Positions 53,205 through 64,000 of a DNA stretch of 64,000 nt are shown piece by piece. This DNA comes from Octopus sinensis (Eukaryota). Made by a program: the position numbers and the translations under genes. The notes beneath the pieces are model-generated. The model had not been told where the DNA came from. It saw only the letters and a program-made list of their open reading frames with translations, and ran no database searches. The stretch lies in the NCBI RefSeq assembly GCF_006345805.1, contig NW_021832134.1, positions 1 to 64,000 of the forward strand, in the 5' to 3' direction. Each line of letters opens with the position of its first letter. The first letter of the stretch is position 1.

Positions 53205-53975
53205 TTATAAAATTACTGAAACTACTAATCTGTTCAAAGTCGATTTCTGTAATGTTCTCCAAAACTTAAACTCGCGCTCTAATAATCTGAGTAAGAAACT
53301 CATATAGAAGCAAGAACAGTCCTGTCCTCCCACCCACTGTAGTGTTTAAAAGCCTGAAAGCCAATATCAGTAACAGGATATCTAATCTCTCCTCTGCAAA
53401 GGAAATTCCAGATAAGGCATCTCCCTACTACAACAATGCCCTAGCTAACAGTCGTTTCAAAGATATCTTATGATTAAAAATAAGAAACCTAAAAATAGAT
53501 CAAGGAAAATAATATGGTTCGACCACCACCTTTCCTGTTAAATGCTAAAACTAACACAGGTATGAAATTTCAGGCATTATTAGACATTTCCCTGTAAGCC
53601 ACAGATATAGGAAGACTTTTAATAGACTCTCGATAAAGTTTCATACAGCTGCTACCCAAAAGGAAGTACATTATTACTCACAAGTCCCTCCAAGAGTCCA
53701 TACCTAATTGTAACTGTCGAGACCCTGAAGCATGTCCATTTTATCGGATGTGTGTGATAAACTCAGTCTTTTATGAAGTCACAGAAGTGCTTTAAGATAA
53801 AGCAAACGAAAAGAAAAAAAATACGTCGGTTTAGGTGAAGGCAATTAAAAAAAATCTTTATGCAAACCTCCATTCGGACTCATCGACAAAAATAAATCCA
53901 CCAAGTTGGCTAGCCATATATGAGATTTGAAGACCAACCACATACCATACAATTATACATGCACTCCATCTCTGC
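53205..53975 (+). mobile_element. Penelope-like element relic (RT thumb, linker, GIY-YIG), Naiad/Neptune-like
   Basis: KITET..KVDFCNV, NRISNLSS, PYYNNALANS, KIIWFD.PPF..NAKTNTG, CNCRDPEACP, VFYEV, YVGLGEG, NKSTKLASHI*DLK across frameshifts. Confidence 0.8.
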
Positions 53976-55005
53976 CACACTCACAAACCAACGCCACTAT
54001 ACTTTCTGACTTGTACACGTTTAGACACACACACATACACCACACCAACGCACACACATCCACCATTCTCTTTTCATTAATGATTTCAGACATGGATACA
54101 CTTCTATACTTGAATCGACACAGTCATCCTTTTTCTCTGCTTAACCCCCTTTATAAATCAATATCTCATCTAGCTCCTAACCCTTGAAGCTAACGTTCTT
54201 ATTCGCCAAAGTTTGTTCCTCTTTTGTTATCTTTTATATTATGCTTTACATTTATACTATATGATGTATGTATGTATGTATGTATGTATGTATGTATGTA
54301 TGTATGTATGTACGTACAGTATGCTTTTGCACAATTTCCGTCTCTAATTCTATTCACTAAGTTATAATGCATTGAAGACATTTTCTTTGTTACACAGGTT
54401 TCTTTTCTGCTTTGAACCATTAAAGATTTGAAGACAGAGAGTTTGCTACTAAGTATAGCGAAGAATTAACCCACCACATGAGGGCCACACGTTATCTCAT
54501 AAAATATAGCTTTGTTCTGTTTAAGCGGAAAGAAATCAATTTGACTGATGCTGATAGAAAACATTCCTCAACCATTTTAATATCACTTTATATACATTCA
54601 CACAACAATCTACATGAACTAACCAACAACTGCTTCTAGTAGATATACTGATGGAGAGTATTGTCTTGTCATAAATATATGGTGATGAATTGTTTTGACC
54701 GCCATTTGCAGTGGATGTTGGCATGGTGTCAGTATTCACCATGCTTCCGTTAATGTTTTTTTTGTATTAAAAAAGTACAAACTCACCCTCTTGGTTTTAC
54801 AACTCTTGGCTCAACAGAACATCTAGAATATGACAGCTAGAAAGAGAGAAACTGTACAAGTATTGGGTTTGTATTTTATATATGGACCACGAAAGGCTGA
54901 AACGCAAAATTTATCTCAGTGGTAAACGTAGAACAAATATTTTTACCCATTTCCCCGACTCTCTAGCGGTTCTGCCAACAAGGCATACTTTAAAAAACAT
55001 AACAG

Positions 55006-57680
<2,675 letters not shown>

Positions 57681-57706
57681 ATTATTATTATTATTATCAT
57701 TATTTA

Positions 57707-58135
57707 AAAAGGTGGCTAGGTAGTGGATCTGTAAAAGAATGGAAAGAAATACTTTGCGGGATATTCTTTCAAACCTTACATTCTGAGTTCAAATTCCACC
57801 GAGACCAACTTAACCTTTCATACATCCAGAGTTGATGAAATAAATTATCAGTGAGGTATCAACTAACCCTAGCCACTCAAAATTGCTGGCCTTGTGCCAA
57901 AATTTGAAACCACCAGGAGAAAAGGCGGTGAGCTGGTAGAATGGTTAGCACATCATACAAAATACTTAACGGTGTTTCTTCCGACTCTTTACTTCCTAAG
58001 TTCAAAACCCGCTGAGCTTAGCTTTACCTTTCATACTTCGGAATCAATGAAATAAAGTACTAATTAAAAACTGTTGTCGATGAACTTCAGTTATCATCTC
58101 TCGAAATTGCTTGGCTTGTGTTAAAATTAGAAAGA
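57707..58135 (+). mobile_element. Two tandem degraded SINE B variants
   Basis: TTCTGAGTTCAAATTCCACCGAG; AAAGGCGGTGAGCTGGTAGAATGGTTAGCAC; tail GCTGGCCTTGTGCCAAAATTTGAAACC. Confidence 0.7.
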
Positions 58136-58151
58136 ATTATTATTATTATTA

Positions 58152-58195
<44 letters not shown>

Positions 58196-58209
58196 TTATT
58201 ATTATTATT

Positions 58210-58763
58210 GAGTGAAAGAGCAGTGCATGCCATCAAAGTGTCACTGGGGTAAAATATACGAAGCCCAGTATATCCATCATGACTACCCGTCTGATAAGGG
58301 TACACTAGGCAATGCATCACAAGAATATGTGCGCGACATGGTGATCTCATATCAAGATAAACAGCACATGACCTTGCGGGTGGGGCCCAGGTAGAATTTT
58401 CTTCAGGTCGAGCAATCCATCCTGCTCAAAAGGTTCCTGAATAAGGGTTATTTAAGGATGTTGAACAAAACACCTATGTTTCCAGAGGTGAATTATTCAA
58501 ACCCCAAAGAATTCCATTCAACATACGGCTATGATGCTCCCCCACTACTTCTGCTCGTGATCAGAGATGCACACATCGTTAGCCTCTAAGGGACATGCTC
58601 AACTGGTTAAGGTCAAACAACTGACAAGCAAAACTATGGTATTGAGCAGAATATTTGCTGTAGCCCATCTTTTATACCAAGACAAAACAATGTACATGAT
58701 AACACTTCCAATCAGTTAAGATCAGAAGCCATGAGAGCCACTGCCTGGTACTGCATCAGGGCA
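58210..58763. mobile_element. 554-bp non-coding element inside (TAA)n, probably non-autonomous
   Basis: Sharp boundaries with (ATT)n at 58136-58209 and 58765-58872; no tRNA head, TIR or credible ORF. Confidence 0.65.
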
Positions 58764-58842
<79 letters not shown>

Positions 58843-59826
58843 CATTATTATTATTATTATCATTATTATTATTTAAAAAGTATAATTATTGCTAGGATAG
58901 TGGTTTGATAGACACAGCTTTCTTGCCCTTTAGTTACATGTCTTTACGTTCTGAATGTAAATCCTTTCGATGTGACTAATTATGTTTAGATTATTTCGAT
59001 ATTAAATCCATAATAATAACAACAAAACCAGCCCGAATTCTCTGATACTCTCAACTTTATCATCGAATAGATCTTATACAATACTCTAGCGTTGCTTTAC
59101 ACTAATACATGCAGTGTATGAAATGTATGAAATTTTGCAGACGACATCTCAGTAATGGCTGCGTTCTTATCGTAAAGCTGAGCATTATTAAACTACAGAA
59201 TAATAACTCTATTGCCTTTCAAAATAGCAAAATATCACCAACAAACGTTTTCTAAGTGAGAAACAAAGCAAAAGTTATTTTTAGTTAGAGACAAAACAGT
59301 ACCTAGTAGATAATTGGAGTTGAAAAATTGATTATATTTAGAAAAGTGACAGAGTGAGTAATCACAAGAAAGCAATGCTAACTTAATACCAGACATTTGT
59401 CATTCTGTGTTTTGTATGTATGAAAGTAAAATAGTTTCTGAAAGAATGAAAACAACGCAAAAATATTACAGCAATAAAAAGAACGGATACAATATAAAAC
59501 GAAAACAAAACCAAAGAATCGAATGTTTACTTTCACAAAGAATAGATGATAAAACATGTGAATAAAAACGTAACCTCTTTCTCTCTTTCTCCTTCTGGGT
59601 ATGTATGTGCGTGTACATACAGGCGCACACACACATGCACACACACACACATACACACAGACATACACATACACGCACGCACAAGCACACGAACACACAT
59701 ATTTATTCAGATATACACACACATAATGTTCCTGCATATACGTACTTACATATATACATACGCATACACTTAGGTGAATACATTTATATATAAATAAATA
59801 CATATGCATACACACATATATATATA

Positions 59827-59952
<126 letters not shown>

Positions 59953-60385
59953 CATACACATACACACACATATATATGTATTTATAATTATAATAGGGCA
60001 CGTGAGGTACAGACAAGGGAGTTAATCCCAAAATTTGAAATCATTTGATCCAGGGATATCTATTGCCTCATTCTGCGGCTTTCTGTCGAGATGGTAAGTT
60101 AATTTCTTTGTTAGTCGCCCGATTTCTGTTATGCATATTGTATTTCCAGTGATTGGTGGTTTATTAGAGGAATTTTCGACTCTGATTTTTACAGCAATGT
60201 CGGCACCTCCTGCGCCCTGTTAAAAGTATAAATTAATTATGGAAATTTTGGATTTGCCATTTATCGGCTTTTGCTTGCTGGCCACTTACATTATTGTAGT
60301 TATTATTGTACTACTACTACTAATAATAATAATTAATAATATCTATATAAATATCTTTTGAATATTTATTCATTTTTATATATGA

Positions 60386-60453
<68 letters not shown>

Positions 60454-60574
60454 CACATATATATGTGTGCGTGTGTGTGTGTGTATATACATGCATATAT
60501 ATATAGAATTGCATAAATGTATATATAAATAAGCGTATATCAATAAGTATATACATATACTTATGTATGTATGT

Positions 60575-61220
60575 CATTATTCAGTTTTACTTCAAGATTT
60601 ATTTCAAGATTTCTTGCCAATAGAGAAAGAGCTGGTTTCTAACCTAGATCCAAGGCTCTTTCATTGGAACTTTTCATCAACATCATCAGGGTATTTTTGT
60701 ATGAATGGATGTATATGTGCAGCTTTCGCTATTTTGTTCTATGTATGTATTCTCATGGATATTGTTGCATGTCTAGACATGTTCATATGTACTTAAATGA
60801 TAAACTTCTGGCAAGTTTTACAGATTTTTACACTTCCAGTGATGGCTTGGATCTGTTATCTTCGAATCAGCTTTCTCCTTTCTGGTTCTGAGAAGCTTAA
60901 TTTCTCAAGATTGGTATTTGGGCAGTGTGTAACATATCCCAGTGTTCCAGTAATTACCGGTATAAACCTGAACTTGGTAATCTGGATAGAGTAGGTGTAG
61001 ATTCCACAATAGTTCAGCGTAGATATTTTCTTTTTCGCTAATCGTTAGGTTTATCTTAACATCTACTGAGCAACTGATTTCCGCAACTGTGCACAATTTC
61101 TCTTCTCTATCCCAAATTACCATGTCAGGTCTGTTATGCTTACATTTTATTAAGATTTTCACTGGAACATTCCCTCAGTAATCATTTTTATTATGAGTGG
61201 CTCTGAATTCTACCATACTA
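60575..61220 (-). mobile_element. 5'-truncated RLE retrotransposon inside (TACA)n
   Basis: KHNRPDMVIWDREEKLCTVAEISC, ENIYAELL, GSVKICKTCQKFII*; same GAATAATG|ACATACATA 3' junction as the 52742 copy. Confidence 0.9.
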
Positions 61221-61236
61221 TGTGTTCTTATGTATG

Positions 61237-61270
<34 letters not shown>

Positions 61271-61469
61271 TGTATGTATGTATGTATGTATGTATGTATG
61301 TATGTATGTATGTATGTATGCATGTATGTATGTATGTATGTATGTATGTATGTATGTATGTATGTATGTATGTATGTATGTATGTATGTGTGTGTGTCTG
61401 TTTATGTATGCATTTATGCATGTGTGTTTTCTTTCACTTTTTAAATTAGAGTAAATATTGACCGGTCAT

Positions 61470-61975
61470 CTACTTACTCAACTTCAGCCAGAATTTGCTT
61501 CAGATAGGTTAGTATGTACCTGTTGCTCTGATAATAATCGGTATGAAGCTGAAAGTGTATCTTGGGTACTGGATTTACAAACGCTTTATCAATAGTCTAT
61601 AGATGTTCTCTTGTATTTTTCTAATCGCCTTGGTGTCTAGAGGGTAGCTGATGTCCACAACAGAACATATTTCTTTTTATGATCCCACACAACAATATCT
61701 GACCGGTTGTATTTTAACCTGGTGGCTGATTTAGTTTTTAAGCTCCACTAATATCCATATTAAGACACATCGGTCTCAATATGGTTAACTTCGTTTATAA
61801 GTGTTTTCTTTTTCGTTATTGTGTTCCAGTTATAGAGTTCTGGCCACAGTATCATGTCTCATGGGAAGATAATATCTGGAGGACATTCTTTCGTAATAAC
61901 GACATTCTCTGGTAATAATGTGGTTGATGTCTTGGCGTACATTTGTTGTTTGTTGTTTGTCAATGTCTTCTACCT
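61470..61975 (-). mobile_element. Older RLE retrotransposon fragment
   Basis: QDINHII, SSRYYLPMRHDTVARTLY, YNRSDIVVWD, FIPIIIRATG; (TATG)n at 61984-62065. Confidence 0.8.
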
Positions 61976-62084
61976 TTTATTCTGTATGTATGTATGTATG
62001 TATGTATGTATGTATTATGTATGTATGTATGTATGTATGTATGTATGTATGTATGTATGTATGTACGAAACATATATATATGGG

Positions 62085-62480
62085 GGCAGGAGTGGTTGTG
62101 TGGTAAGTAGCTTGCTTGCCAACCACATGGTTCCGGGTTCAGGCCCACTGCGTAGCACCTTGGAAAATTGTCATCTACTATAGTCTAGGGCCGATCAAAG
62201 AATCGTGAGTGGATCTGGTAGACGGAAACTGAAAGAAGCCCGTCGTATATATATATATATATGTTTCTGTGTGTGTGTGTATTTGTCCCTACCCACCATC
62301 GCTTGACAACCGATGTCGGTGTATTTACGTCTCCGTAACTGAGTGGTTTGGCAAAAGAGACCGATGGAATAAGTACTAGGCTTACAAAGAATAAATCCTG
62401 GGATCGATTTGTTCGACTAAAGGCGGTGCTTCACCATGGCCACAGTGAAATGACTGAAGCAATTAAAAGAATAAAGGAAT
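62085..62480 (+). mobile_element. SINE family A, full length
   Basis: GGCAGGAGTGGTTGTGTGGTAAG ... CAGTGAAATGACTGAAG. Confidence 0.9.
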
Positions 62481-62487
62481 AAAATAA

Positions 62488-62543
<56 letters not shown>

Positions 62544-62807
62544 GGCGCGTGGCCTAGTGGTTACGCTGTTGCATACATTATCGCTAGATCGTGGATTCGA
62601 TTCTTACACCGAGCGGCACGTTGTTTTCTTGAGCAAAACACTTTCTTTCACGTTGCTCCACTCCTCTTTCGACCGAGGGTGCGTGTTGATCTGCTCGCTC
62701 AGCCAGCAGGGTGGTGTCAATCGATGGCTAAAACGATGCAAAACGCATTGTAGCCAGCGATGTGTAACAATACCTGATAATCTGGTCGGTCACGCGATCA
62801 CGTGATA
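62544..62807 (+). mobile_element. Chimeric SINE: D-type body with tail type 1
   Basis: TTCTTGAGCAAAACACTTTCTTTCACGTTG (as in 2101 copy) joined to GGCTAAAACGATGC...GGTCGGTCACGCGATCACGTGATA (as in 8941 copy). Confidence 0.8.
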
Positions 62808-62829
62808 CACACACACACAAATATATATA

Positions 62830-62895
<66 letters not shown>

Positions 62896-63107
62896 TTACA
62901 TACATACTGACACACGCGGACATATATTTCAGAGATATATTTACCTGGAAAGTGATTTGATCTGAGACTGTAATTACAGTGTGAAAAACACATATTAACT
63001 ATTGAAAAACATACAAAACTGTTTACTTTTATCAAACATTTATTTGGTACGAAACTTTTCGTCACGCCTGGCCACTGACACGAGTCCACTGGTTTGTACA
63101 TGCATTC

Positions 63108-63138
<31 letters not shown>

Positions 63139-63178
63139 TGTATGTATGTATGTATGTATGTATGTATGTATGTATGTA

Positions 63179-63693
63179 CCCAGTACTACCTGTTGCATGG
63201 TCGGGTCGTCGGCGACTAAACCGGCAACCCCACCAAGCTCGCTTGGTGAGGAGGGTGTTTATTGGACACCCTGCGGGATGAAAAACAAAGCCCGTCAAAG
63301 GGCGGAGGAACTCATGAGAGTCAAGGGCCATCCAATAAATGTCTTAAAGCTGTATCATGCGCAGGGACATAGAAATAATCGGATTGAATACCCGATCGCG
63401 CAGTTAAACCATTGGGAGTGAAGGACTCCTAGCCTTTGTCAGGGCATCCTTCTAGGAGAAGGCAATTCAGGTAACTTGGATAACTCCGACATAAAACCTG
63501 CGGCTCAGTGGTTACCGATGATGTTGACTTGTTCTTCTTTTCGGATTATGGCTGCTGTGGCTTAGTGAGTGGGATTGACTCAGTGCACAGCCTTTCCCCA
63601 CTTAAAAAAATCTTCTTGCACAGGCATTGCACGATAACAACATTGATTAAGCTTCGTGCAATGGCCATACTCGATAACGAGGGGGCAGCTACC
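63179..63693 (+). mobile_element. 515-bp non-coding, hairpin-rich element inside (TATG)n, probably an RTE-derived bipartite non-autonomous retroposon
   Basis: CCTTCTAGGAGAAGG resembles an RTE 5'UTR motif; end CATACTCGATAACGAGGGGGCAGCTACC resembles RTE 3' ends (from recall); (TATG)n on both sides. Confidence 0.6.
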
Positions 63694-64000
63694 ATGTATG
63701 TATGTATGTATGTATGTATGTATGTATGTATGTATGTATATGTGTGTGTGTGTGTGTGCGTGTATGTGTGCCTGTGTGTATCTTTTAGTGTTTCGTATGT
63801 GTGCATGTGTGTCTGTCTGCATGCGTATGTCTGTGAATGTGTATGTATGAATAATTGTCCTAAGGGCAGTCTTCAACTTTTTACATACTATTATTTATAC
63901 CTTTATCTACTTGGTTTTCTAGAGCTAAAAGAGAATTTATTTCACTCTCTCTCAAAGTTTCTAAATTCTTATGATATAAACAACATATAAATTCTCACAA

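Noticed and set aside
53915-53932. In-frame TGA in the PLE relic as selenocysteine (as in some Naiads)
   Set aside because: It falls at the Trp of the IWDLK motif, the Cys motifs use normal codons, and the element is frameshifted
58690-58763. Faint resemblance to U2 snRNA words (TAAGATCA, CCTGGTA)
   Set aside because: Only short words match, without colinear spacing or an Sm site
60050-60235. Plus-strand GTAAGT donor and TTTCCAG acceptor around a 56-nt gap
   Set aside because: Joined frames are short, end in stops and resemble no known protein

Overview
AT-rich, microsatellite-saturated animal genomic DNA. The repeat content (several tRNA-headed SINE families, R4/Dong-type LINEs, abundant (TA)n/(CA)n/(TACA)n/(TATC)n) points to an octopod cephalopod; this is an inference, not a database result. 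No intact host protein-coding gene is recognisable, and nearly all track ORFs are microsatellite translations or transposon fragments. Supported content: (1) two families of restriction-like-endonuclease non-LTR retrotransposons (R4/Dong-like), one always inside (TAA)n and one inside (TACA)n; (2) about 30 SINE copies built from exchangeable head/body/tail modules; (3) mariner-derived MITE/fold-back elements; (4) a Penelope-like (GIY-YIG) relic and two hammerhead-like motifs; (5) two ~0.5 kb non-coding, microsatellite-embedded non-autonomous elements. The most unusual feature is a 2.24 kb RT-less cassette (27698-29936). It carries only a Gag/ORF1-like CCHC protein, an NRF1-like motif, two apparent unspliced 5'UTR introns and a terminal AATAAA, and it sits in the tRNA head of a SINE with a 14-bp target-site duplication. 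SINE family letters A-D are my own labels. Degraded-element boundaries are approximate (tens of bp).
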